A stretch of 63,878 bases of DNA, filler included, from Choristocarpus tenellus KU-1152 (Eukaryota > Protista > Phaeophyceae), in the NCBI GenBank assembly GCA_964200185.2. It is 11 parts of 11 records of this genome, joined end to end, with 100 filler letters (N's around TTAATTAATTAA, not from the genome) between each part and the next. Parts side by side here need not be neighbours in the genome. Positions count along the whole stretch, not along the records: positions 24,606 to 31,233 come from CAXNAD020007720.1; positions 31,334 to 34,728 come from CAXNAD020020321.1; positions 34,829 to 45,743 come from CAXNAD020002630.1; 8 more parts are not named here. One strand, 5' to 3'. Positions 27,801-39,316 of the stretch are shown piece after piece; the stretch's first letter is position 1, and each line of letters starts with the position of its first letter. The position numbers were made by a program, and so were the translations under genes. Under the pieces are notes generated by a model, which saw only the letters and a list, made by a program, of their open reading frames with translations, had not been told where the DNA came from and did no database searches.

Positions 27801-29200
27801 TAGCTGGCGACCCCCCCACCCATAGCCACGAACTGCCGGAGATAATCTCGCTCCATAGGTGCAAGATTCTTTCCAATCAGTTCTAGTCTTATCGCCTTTG
27901 TCAACACAAGGAGTCAGCACATGACAAGCAAAACCATAACATGCAAGACAACAAGGTGTCATGCAGGAAGAGGATGGGGATGGAGATGGGGAGTAGGTTC
28001 CGGGAAGTCCAGGTAAGGCAGGAGGAAAACTGCAACGTGACATGTGATGATTCATCACCTCCCCCTTCCCATCTCTCAATTCTCCAGGATCTTCAAATGC
28101 AACAACCTTCCTTGATGAAGCCCTTAAGTCCACATATACACTGCTTACAGTGTTTTTCAAGGTACTGATCACTGCCACCAACCACATCATGACACCTCAC
28201 CATCCTAACGCCGCTAGACTCAAAAGCTGGCAACAGGTAACAGGTCAGCCCCTACTCAAAAGACAGCACACAAGCTGACATGTTACTGTCCATTCCCGCA
28301 TCAGGCTTTTTTCCTAGACAAAAACACTCCATAACACCCTCCAGTTCACACCTGCAGAGGAGTCCATATCAGGTCTATCAGGCTAATTGATGGTCGATTG
28401 GCTTCGGTAATCTCAAGTCCCTCGCCAATAAGAATCCCTTCCACGCCCTTGTCAATTGACCTGATGCACCAGTAGTCACAAGGGTGCTTGAGTGTGGGCA
28501 CGTGCAACGATCAAGCCACAGTCGCATTTCTTTCTTTTTTTTCCTGATGTTAAATTAACACGGTACAAGGTTTTCCACTAGAAAGGCGAACGAGCACCAT
28601 AATGTTTGTCTGGCGGCACGACAATCTAATCAAACTCAAGCACCACTCTCAGCTCCTTGGGAGGATGGCGTCTATCCAATCGCAGAAATAACGGGCAACA
28701 CATGTACCGAATGCACGTCTGCACCTTCCACATAAAGGATGTACACAAGAATCAGAGCATACTAGTACAGCTTTTGAAAAATTCCACAGCTGAGGACTCT
28801 CGAGCAAGGTGAGGAGGGTGGCCCTGGACATGAGCCCCTGGGCACAGATCCCATTGTACTCACTGATATAGGCATGTCAGCAATGCCACACCGGGAAGAC
28901 CAACGAACATTCCTGGCTCCTGCATGGAAATAGCACGAGTTGAGTCAGAATGGGCTGGGAGAGGTGGTAGCATGATGTGGCACCATAGTTATAAATGCAA
29001 AAGGAAAATATAAGCAGCAGCTCATTGCAGTTTTTGCCCATGGATCAGAAATTTGTCTCAAATGATTCTCTAGACTTGACTTGCAAAAGAAAAGAGTCTT
29101 TCATTGAGCCAGGCAGTCAACCAGGCTATGGCCAAGGATTAGGATCCTTTTGAGCGATGCTGGCAGAAGGTTGGGTCACAGCCTAGACACTTCGAAATGT
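24900..29200 (-). mobile_element. Highly degenerate Ty3/gypsy LTR-retrotransposon pol (RT-RNaseH-integrase order)
   Basis: Broken fragments: KNLAPMERDYLRQFVAMG (RT N-terminal region, ~27850) and AVAVVNFYLWGRPF (RNase H, ~26800), with integrase-like fragments further downstream; multiple stops and frameshifts; boundaries approximate. Confidence 0.55.
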
Positions 29201-29492
29201 GTGATGGCCCTGGGCCAGCCTTGTCAGAAACATTTACCCAGGTTCAGTCTGAAAAAAAAAGACTCCATTAGATGTAGAAGTGATTCCACAGCTGATAGAT
29301 CTTGAGAGTTCATGAATGGTCAACTCTACCATAGTCAAAAGTGAGCATAGATAGCTCAAACTGTCACCGATACATGTGGCCGCAAGCAACTCAGTAATAA
29401 ATCCCCTTAAGCTGCACCCATTTTGTATCAAGTCAATAAATTGACCCCTCAGAGGTAGGCCTGGACATCTCCCGGCATGCCAGCATATGGCT

Positions 29493-29523
<31 letters not shown>

Positions 29524-29559
29524 AGAGAGGCGAGTGGTGCAAGAATCAAGCATGTATTG

Positions 29560-30480
29560 TGTGATCGGAGCGGTCTTGGTCCACAAGGGAGATAAGAGTT
29601 GATCCACGATTGGTCAGATCCCGATTTTCCTATCAAACCACACCCCGTTGGAGAGCGTCCTAGGGTGGGCTACAGCTGCAAGGAACATTACCTTCATAAT
29701 ATAATGCTTGTTCTGTGCCCGTGGGGGTTTGGGGGGGGTCCTCTGTGGGGTGCAGGTACATACTTTGCCCATCTTTGAGGATGTAAAACCACTTCTAGTC
29801 CACATGCGCCCAGTCATATAGATCGTCCACTAATACTCCAATTCCCCCCCCTCCTCTGCACGTGGCTGATGACAAAACCCACCCTGTTGACCTTCTGCTG
29901 GTCTGAGAGGACTGGCTTAATCCACCGCTTGACCTTCACCTTCTCATGCTTGCACAGATCCCACAATGAGGCAAGGGAGATCTCAGCTTTGACAGTCCAT
30001 TCTGCGGAAGGATATGTGGTGTACCAATAGGACATCCCAAACATTGAGGACACCTATACGACAAGTCACATCGCCCCTTGCAACATCGAACAAGTGTGCA
30101 TTGACCCACTGCGATCTGGTTGTCATACCCCTTCAGACTTCGGAACATGTTGATTTCGGAAATTCCCCAAGTCCTCCACGATGCCCGTCACCGTCCCCTC
30201 AGGACACCCAAGTCTGGCATCATCACACCTCCACGCCGTTCTTTGTTGGGGGGTTTGAGTCTGGTCCCCGGAGAGACTTCTGGGCTGAAGAATTGGGACC
30301 GATGGACCACAACAGGATAAGTGAGCTGCTCAAACCATTGGGGGCCTTCATCATCCTAGGCATCCCAATCAACACCTGCTTCAACAATTTCACGAGATTT
30401 TTGAACCCCATCAAAAGCGCAACTCGGTCGACTTTCCACTCGTGTTCCTCCACAGTCATGACAGCCCACCATCTCAAACT
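29560..30480 (-). mobile_element. Tc1/mariner transposase pseudogene, plant/oomycete DD39D-like type, 3'-truncated
   Basis: Frameshifted motifs RWIKPVLSDQQKVNRVGF and QNKHYIMKVMFLAAVAHPRTLSNGVWFDRKIGI, close to the plant-mariner signature KVMFLAAVARPR...FDGKIGIWP. Confidence 0.85.
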
Positions 30481-32676
30481 CTACACGCCTCCCAATCTAT
30501 ATATGAAAAACTAAGTCTAGTCCATAGGGTTTATCATGTGGGTCGTTCCCGGGCGGGGACGGAGCTCGCAAAATTTATGTTACACTTAATTCCAAACAGA
30601 GGAAGTAGCAAGAGTCATCGGTGGGAGCACATTCACAAGGATGAGAGCTGATGCTGAAAGAGTGCAGATGGGCAGAGGGACAGTCTGCAGTTTACTAAAT
30701 GGAATAATACACTATGCATGTGAGTGAGCCGTGCCCGGAAGGCAGTGTTTCAATCTTGGGAATCACAGTAAGGACTGCCTGGCAACAGAAAATATCTTCT
30801 GGGCTCTGGCCAGGATGCAGCCTAACTGGGTCGAATATTTGACAAGTCCTGAACCAGCTTTGTTCACATTTGGCAATAAAAGGCCCGACACAAACAGTGA
30901 GCTAACTTAATATAAAAATAAAAACAGCAATAATGTGCACCGCCCTTTTTGGAACAATTCATGTAAGGGGATGCAAGCGTTGTCCAGGAGAGAGTGTCAG
31001 CCTGAGATTGAAAATGACCCCCACTGAATCTCCACATCTCCTCTCCACTCTCCACCAAAAAAACACAATATCCATGATACAACAGCTTCCCATAACATTC
31101 ATAATAGAAGGACCAGGAATTCAGCTGGGTGGGACTATCGTAATGGTGGGTAATGAGCTGCAAGACTGACAACTGCAATCGGAAAAATGGAAATTGGTGA
31201 GTGGGAAGATGAAAAGGACTGAAAATTGGGGGGNNNNNNNNNNNNNNNNNNNNNNNNNNNNNNNNNNNNNNNNNNNNTTAATTAATTAANNNNNNNNNNN
31301 NNNNNNNNNNNNNNNNNNNNNNNNNNNNNNNNNAAAAACGCAACCATAAAAAAATTGCCCCCAAAGGGCCGGCCCCTCCCCCCCCCCCCAGATAGTTTGA
31401 GTCAAAGGAGAGAACGATCACTCATATGAGAGATCAGGTAAGCCCGGGGTGGCGCTGTGACCTTGACTGGGATCAGATTTTGAGGGTGGATGGAAGCCAG
31501 GAGACTACAGTGAGCTGGTTGCCCATTTCCAGGGTTGGAAGACAAAATACATCTATAGAGGGGACAAGATATTGGAGGGAGACATATTCAAACTTGACGA
31601 ATGTCCTTGACGAGTTGGAAGATACGGACAAGTTAGTGAGACCAATATGTGCTCTAGAGGGGGAAGTAGATGGGGATATGTTGCAGGAGGATAATGAGGT
31701 ATAACTCACAATGGAAAATGGCAGCAATGACAGCACCAAAGCTGATGAATCTGAGCCTATTATAGAGTAATGGATGTCAAAAGATGACCCAGCACACTCG
31801 GAGTAAGTCAAATACTCTCAGAGTACTCAAATAATCATTTTCCTTTAAATATTTTGCAATACTAACGAAAAACGATTTGACCTACCAAAAACGTACCCTA
31901 TGAGTCCTGAGAATAGCAGCACTCTCATGACATAGGTTTCACATAATAAAACAGGAAAACAATTGTTCAAGTACAAAATAAAAAAAACTATCCCCCAAAA
32001 TAGAAATGCTCCCCCTATACAGATACTGCATCCTATTACACATTGTAATATGAATTAAAGGTGCTCCTATGGGTCGATCGATGCATTAGGATGTCAGCTT
32101 CCAATCCTTATATATTCATGGGATAAATCGACCTGTAGTAGATCTTGCAGCTGCTTGAATCCCTCCGGTCTACTTTGTGGGACTGAAGTAATTTTTTCCA
32201 ATTTTGGAACAAAGCAGAAAGTACTTTGGGCTCCACATGGAGACAAGACTCAAACCAACAGCATTAGATCCGGCCTATCCCCACATATCCAAACATGTTT
32301 TGCTTGTTGCCTAACTCGAAAAGTTCCAGAAGATGTTTTATTAATCTTGAATACTACTTCCCTCCGTATATAGAGATCACTGTGCATGGTACTATGGAGG
32401 CACAGGCCAAGATAGAGGACATATTCAGAGAGTTCGGAATGATTGGGTAGTGTGTGCATGGAAGAAGATAGCATCTGCATGGCATATATACCCTCATGAA
32501 ACAGTGTAGGAGGTGACAGCACTCTCGCTTATCTGCAGGAGGAGTTCCTGAACCTAAGCCACTCTTTCCTACTGCCTCCAGTATACTACTAACCTCTCTG
32601 TGGTCAACCATGTCCTGTTTCCTTCTCTACATCTTCTGTATTATAGACTGTAGTGAAAAAACAGTGACAATTTTAC

Positions 32677-33944
32677 CTGTGTCAGGAATTCTTGGTAGCG
32701 GTGGTGCTTCTGAAGGTCTCCACGCAGGCGTGTCTCCTCCTCGACACGCTCACGACATTGCTTTTTGAGCTTCTGAATCTCTTGCTCTTTCTGCTCCCGT
32801 TGCTTGCGTTCCTCACCTGCCCGTTTCACAGCCCGGTTTCTCTTGCTTTCATTCTCCTGTAACAAAAGAGGTCAAGGTGAGTGGTAGCTTTTGAGAAGGC
32901 ACTACCCCAAGGGGGCATTCAGGAAAGTCGACAATCAGCACTATAATCTCTACACAAATAGTTTAGTGCTCAAAACTATGTAACATTCAGTAGAATGCCG
33001 ATGTCCAGAAAGACATCGAAGAACTATTCCACCAAAGATGAGGGATATATCCTTAGGAAGTTCACATCTGCAGTTATAGAAATACAGGTGGTATATGAAT
33101 ACACACCCACATATATATACATATATTTTTGCATTATGCCCCAAATTGTCCCACAAACTACAGGGTAAGATCGTTCTAGTGTCAATACAGAACATCACTA
33201 TCCCACACTCCTTAAGAGACAGATGATTAACTTTGCTTGTTGGTCTTTGGCCCAGTGCTTATTTCGAATGGACAGCACACTGGGTGTGCTTGATGGAGAG
33301 GTAGTTCTGGAGATGATAGAGGCGAGATGGGAAGAAGAGAGTGTGTACCTGCAGGAATTTGTTGAACTTGATGAGGGACTCCTGAAGCTCTAGGTCCTTC
33401 TTTCGTAATACCTTCTCACGTCGGGAGAAGGCGTCTTCACGTCTGTGTTGCAGATGATAAGAAAGAGAAAAAAATTAGCGCAAGGCCCCAATCATCATAA
33501 CGACGAACGATTGGTGCACACAGAGGCCTGGAACAAACCGAACTTCCACACACATTACCATACATTTGTCCAAGCTACGTCTGTTGGGGTATTGTTCCTT
33601 CTAGCTTCATGTACAGATGAGGTCAGTCAAGACTACGATGCCACACTTGGGAACCTCTGTACTTCTCTCCGCCTCACATCCAGGAAAGAAACGAAGCACC
33701 CCTTTGTGTGCTTCCGAAGTTTATTATTGTCTACAACAAATCGTCGAACGAGTTTCAGACAACGTCATTTTCAGAAACCTCAAACTCCGCCTGGGCAATC
33801 CAACCTTGCAAATTCGTCTTTTTGCGCTTCCAGGGCCTCTTGAACTTCGAACATTTGTCGACGCTTTTCCAGAAGGCGCGTGGCGGGTGAGACATGGTCC
33901 AGCACAAAGCTGGGAGCAAGGTCTCCTCGGTGTGTCCCATCCAT
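32677..33944 (-). CDS. CFAP73: Cilia/flagella-associated coiled-coil protein CFAP73/CCDC42-like (DUF4200), exons 33944-33805, 33442-33349, 32856-32677; continues downstream
   Basis: SPATRLLEKRRQMFEVQEALEAQKDEFAR|REDAFSRREKVLRKKDLELQESLIKFNKFLQ|ENESKRNRAVKRA matches the CCDC42/CFAP73 signature; intron phases are consistent. Confidence 0.88.
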
Positions 33945-34837
33945 TGTGGCAGGGTCAGCTGTTGTGAACCTGTGCTCAAAGGGAAAGAGGACTACTGACA
34001 CTCGTCGTGGAGATCGTGTTTTCACTCTCCCTTCAAAGAAAGCCGTTTCAACACTTTGGTACACCTACCTATATTTCTTGTCTCTCTAGACGATGACTCT
34101 ACTCACACTCCCACACTTCTCAGTGGATGTAGCTAGGTCAAAATCTGTGGGGGCTGGTTGCCTCAGCTCAGCACATTGCAGCCTAACCGAGTTATAAACT
34201 TCATATTCATGAATACGTTGTAAAGCAGTTCATCATGCGGTTTCGTTTGTACTTGTACGTAGATCAAGATTTCAAAAATTATGCGTGGGTTGCGCGATCG
34301 CAAGCATGGGAAGACTTATATATTTATTAATAAAATCCCCAATAAATCCAAAAATTACCATCATGTGGAACATATGTTGCTTCATTGGACGTTATCAGGT
34401 TGAGATCATACCCAATGAAATCGGTCAATCCCCATGCCGACCTCTAAACTGCTGTGGAACGGCAGGATCTTGATCTTTGCAATGCAACACTCTGTGTTGA
34501 TCGATTTGTGAGGGCAGGGTCGTGATTTCTTATGTTCCGGTCTGTCGTACAGTTCTCTAAGTCCCAGTTGTGATACCCCTGTGAGCCAAAGTAAACTAGA
34601 GGTACCCATGTTTTGGCCGCTTTGCAATTTTAGCCAGTTTTTCGTTCTCTCACAACTCACCCATATTTCTATGGATGATGAGTGAAAGTATCTTAGAGGG
34701 TACGAGTTTTGCCCTGTTCGTCCGTTTGNNNNNNNNNNNNNNNNNNNNNNNNNNNNNNNNNNNNNNNNNNNNTTAATTAATTAANNNNNNNNNNNNNNNN
34801 NNNNNNNNNNNNNNNNNNNNNNNNNNNNCACATCAAG

Positions 34838-37050
34838 GTGTCGGAGCAAGGGCGAGACGATAGGCGTTTCTTTCTGGGCCTCGACGAGGACATCCTTGCC
34901 GAGGTCAAAGAGTGGGTGTGCGAACACACAGGAAGAAAGGGTAGGGAGGCTTTTTCCCACCTAAACCCATACTTTAATCAAGTAGTAGTGTATCTGTTGT
35001 CAATCTTGGTGACGTACAATCCGGGGTTCAAACCCCAATATGAGCGATCTTTCTACAATATGAGAAAAAATGGCGAAAAAAACGAAGCCCCTAACCTGGA
35101 GGGCATTGTGACAGGCCTAATGAAAATGCTTTTATTTTTTAATCCGATGTCTACATCAAAAGTTATGAAGAGACAACCTCAGAGGCATAAGCTACAGGAA
35201 CCACCATATCCTATTTATGTCTGATGTACTAAATATACCGTATTAAAGAACAGTCGTATTCATACACCTTTCCCCCCTATATATCGTCACTTGAATACGC
35301 TCAAACACAGGGTGTACAAGTATGATCGCCTGACACAAAATGAAGCACAAGAGAAAGTTATGGAAGGTAGTTAATGCACCAAAACCGTCCTCTTGTCGAT
35401 TTCACTTCCACAGACTGCACTGCCTTCACCCTTACACACCCCATACACCCGTCAGGGATTGTTTGTGAGAGTCAAAGTATCTTAAAGGGTAGATCCGCGT
35501 CCATTTGGGGGCCACAATCCAATGTTGCGATTATGATGTAGTTTTGGCTATCGCGTTTGTTAGGAAGTCTCTATATCCTTGTTCCGGACACACCTTTTCA
35601 TAACGTATACATTTTACCTACTCAAAAATAGTTTCTGACAAAATAGTTTCGCAGTAGGTAAATGTATACATTATGAAAAGGTGTGTCCGGAACAAGCAAG
35701 GATGTTGACGTTTTCCTAACAAAAATGATAGCCAGAATTACATCAAAATTGCAACGTTAGATTTTGGTCCCAAATGGATGTGGCTCTGCACTCTAATATA
35801 ATTTGACTCTCTAGTCGTTCTCCTCTCCTTTCGCACTCCCATCCCCAGGAGGACCGGAACTGTTGACTGTGGTGGGGTGAGAGACCCCGACTGTGGGTTG
35901 ACTATATCGACATGGGGTACTTCCACTCTCCCAGCAGATGATGGTGCCTCTCTGATAGCACAGGCAAGCTCTGTTTGCCAAGCAGTAATTCCCTTCCCAC
36001 ATACCACTTGACCCCAACGATAATACACCCAACATAAATACTATGTTCTAGTCTGGGACACCCCTCTTGGAGCGTTTTTGGGAAACTCCTTTCGTCCTAA
36101 CGCTTCGTATTCGTTTAGAAGGTGGGTTAATCGGATGAATACAAGGTGCACATCAGCACTGGTCAAGACCCATACTCTCGCCAGTCTGGCACTCTCATTT
36201 ACCTCAACGTTGCTCCCAGTCAGTCGCGTTGTACTCTGACAAAAATATCCTTCCCTTTTTCTTTCCTCCTTACATCTTCCTTCCCGTTCCCTTCCTCTCA
36301 CTCACCACCCCTCCCTACAGGAAATATGATCCCTGTCATTGGTGATAATGTCGACTTTCCCCGATTGAGGCATGTGGACTTAGGGTTCTTTGGTACTCTT
36401 CCATGTGGGGTTTACGACCCCTGTCGAGTCTCAACAATTCAAAATGTGAACAAAGGTGTTAAACTCATTGTGACATGGTGCGATAGTTGGGTTTTTCTAA
36501 TCTTTCTGTGCCAATTAAAGATATGTATATATCTTGTTCACATGTTAAGTGTCAACGTATTTTATAACAGAATAGTAGTAGTGGTTGGTTGTATGAAGTC
36601 AATAGTAGTTTCGACTTTGGTTTTTTTTTCATCCAAGCCTTCCCTCAAAAATCTGAAATCAAATTAATTCTCCAGTCCCTCAACTCATAGAGATATTTGT
36701 TGGACATCAGTGAAGTAACCTTCCAGATATGAGACCCTCCTCACCAGACAACAAGTTGAAGAGGTGAAGGTTGTTGGTACTTGAGAAAGGTACTGGTCGG
36801 CACTACCAGAAGAAACAAGTACAGAAGCTACCCCACGCACCTTAGGAGATACCGAGGTGAGTAGTTCAACTACGAGATGGTTCTAGAGATGAATATCAGG
36901 ACTATGCCACGGTTTCCTCAAAAACCCCGACTCCTCGAGAAGCATTCCATGCCTTGGTACGAAAAATCTGCACCTTGCTGCTCGGTCCCTAAATGAACGC
37001 CCCCGTATAGGCCGAAGCTCAAAAGAAAGTGATCGATGATCAACGTAAGT
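34838..37050 (+). pseudogene. Fragmented coding-like segment of unknown (possibly TE) origin, interrupted by a MITE
   Basis: 128-aa ORF 34838-35224 and exon-like segments (e.g. 36321-36478 NMIPVIGDNVDFPRLRH...) with in-frame stops; no family recognised. Confidence 0.3.
35467..35811. mobile_element. Fully palindromic (hairpin) MITE of the GAGTCAAAGTATCT family
   Basis: Left arm GAGAGTCAAAGTATCTT...CCGGACACACCTTTTCATAACGTATACATTTTACCTACT is reverse-complemented by AGTAGGTAAATGTATACATTATGAAAAGGTGTGTCCGG...TTTGACTCTC. Confidence 0.9.
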
Positions 37051-37143
37051 TGCCCCTCCCCCTCTTGTTCCTTTACACGTGATTATCTTGTTCTTCCGGT
37101 TTGGGACTTCAGACGGAGTGGTTGGAGGTGCGTCGTATCTACC

Positions 37144-39316
37144 ATGAGTGCGCAGGATGGACCAGGTAACGAATAAAAATCGACGGACTTGACGTGGAAG
37201 TGCCTTGTTTCTTGGGGAAATCCATCTTACCTTCTACTGCCCTTGAAATGGCGGTGGTTATGCTCGAATGAGCCAAGCTCTGACAGCACACCTTGTATCT
37301 GCTACTATCCTCTTTTGCTTCATTAAATAGGGCCACTTATAAAATTTCCTGAAGATGTTGCCTGTGCCCTCAAAAAGATGGTGTGGGGAGCAGTTTGGCA
37401 CACAGCTGACACAAGGAACGTCGGAAAGGATGGGGATGCCCGTCGAGAATACGACATATTCTGGCGGGAGGACGCTGAAATGAGGAAATTAGGAGTTGGG
37501 CTTGGAGTGTCTGAGGCTACTTGGGATCACATCCGTTGGATGGCTTGGGACGCAGGCTGGCACGCGTCTAACACCCGTTCTTGGTACAACAACAGATCGG
37601 AGGACAAGAAGAAGGTAAATTCTCTTCCTTGGAGTAAACTAAACATCAATGAACGCGTCTCAACTCCCAATCATTTTGTCTGCGCAATCAAGCCCTGTTG
37701 ATTTGATTTCTTTTTTCCCCTGCTAGCACAGTTTACTTTTGACTCGTTTCGCCGCTGACTACTTGTGCACCTTCTCCGAATGTCAGTGTGATGATCACCA
37801 CCGTGCCCTGAAGCACCGTGGAGAGATAAGTGAATCCTTGGCGGACAGCATCTTTGACATGGTGACCGCCGCAAGCTGGCACTGCGCTAACACACGCGCT
37901 CTCCTCTTCATCGATGCAAAAAACGAACTAGCAATGGCGAAGAAGCATTCTAGGGATCTGGGTGCCAAGGCGCAAGTGGTGGGCCTTCGGTTTGGATCCC
38001 CAGAAGTACTACACGGGGATGAACGACCAATTGGCGCTGATGTGCTGCTGATCAATGACTCTGGCAGTGAAATCTCTGCGGTGATCACACGGAAACTCTC
38101 GTGCTCCCACACAACATCGTTTTCACAACAGGTGTGTTTCGACTAACACCACTACATCTTCAAGACGATTAGATATTCCATTAATGGCACTTCTATTATT
38201 GGTGATGATGAATCTTGGACTTCTTTCCTTGATCTTGGATGTTAATTTTTTTTTATCCCCCCACACCTCCCTCCACTGTATATTTCACTGATTGTCCTGT
38301 ATCTATTAGCACATTTCCTCTTTAATGACCTTTACTTTACACCACCAAAGTGGTGTATTATTCTCAAAAGGACTATTTAAAACGAATATTATGCCTGCCT
38401 AATGGCTTGACTTTTTTGCTTTTTTAGCTGAAAGGTTTTGCCTCAGATAAGAGAGCGATTACAGACATGCAGTTTATGCTTGGGTGCTTTGGTACCAATT
38501 GCTCGGTATAACGATATCTCTCTGCTGTTTGTGCCCCCGGAATTGAACCTGGTGATGTAAGTTTCTTTTTCCCTGACCAAGGAAAGGCAGGTTTCTATAC
38601 ATGACCAGGAGATTGGCTGATGTTGGAGTTTATGACTGTTTTGTTTTTGTATGTGCTCTTCACATGAGTGCTCCTCGATGCCTTGATATTGATCCATCAC
38701 CCAACTGTAACCTTCTGCATGGCGAGAGTAGATGGGCTTCAAGGTCGACTGCAGCACAGAGCTCAAGGCCGGATTTGCGTGTGTGGCTTTGAAAAATGCT
38801 GTGTCTTTTGAGGCGTCCTTCGCCCAAATCATGGGCAGGATCAACAACAAGACTGAGACAATACCCGCCCAGTTCGTCATTACTGTGGCCCCGTGGAGGA
38901 AGAAGCATGTCCAAGTCACGGAAAGTTTGGTCTTTGTGGAGGCACCTCTTGTCACCACTGTCACCATTGATGGTGTTAGCCGTAATGTGGAAGGGAAGTG
39001 GCAGGGTATGTTACATGCGAAGGCCGTAGTGAGTGTTGTAAGTGACAAGGAGATAGAAGACACTATCGATGAGAATTTAACACCTAGAGGGGTAGAGGTG
39101 ATCAAGGAAAGCACTCGTTGGCCATGGCTGGACACCCGATTTTGCAAGCCCGTTTCGGACAAAGGGCACAGACGCAGGAGTAGTGTGGGCACAGGTTTGT
39201 ATGATGGCAGTGTGTTGTTTGGTGGTGAATTGGGTGAGATTGGTGCCGGAGTGGCTGGGGTCGATGGGGGTGTAGGTGAGGGAGAAGGTGCTCCTAATGG
39301 CCCTCTGGTTGCATGA
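37144..39316 (+). CDS. 431-aa aerolysin/natterin/ETX-MTX2-like beta-pore-forming protein with three N-terminal WHxxNTR repeats; exons 37144-37165, 37331-37614, 37727-38131, 38732-39316
   Basis: Intact 4-exon frame (1296 nt, GT-AG, phases 1/0/0); C-terminal half LINDSGSEISAVITRKLSCSHTTSFSQQMGFKVDCSTELKAG...SFEASF...TETIPAQFVITVAPWRKKHVQVT...APLVTTVTIDG...EGKWQG has the Ser/Thr-rich beta pattern, amphipathic hairpin, VxVxP motif and GxWxG end typical of aerolysin-family pore-forming domains. Confidence 0.8.

Noticed and set aside
31426-31704. 92-aa acidic ORF
   Set aside because: No recognisable family; flanked by stops and a MITE end; probably TE debris
38443-39192. 249-aa ORF on the minus strand
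   Set aside because: Antisense shadow of the pore-forming-protein exon; no recognisable motifs
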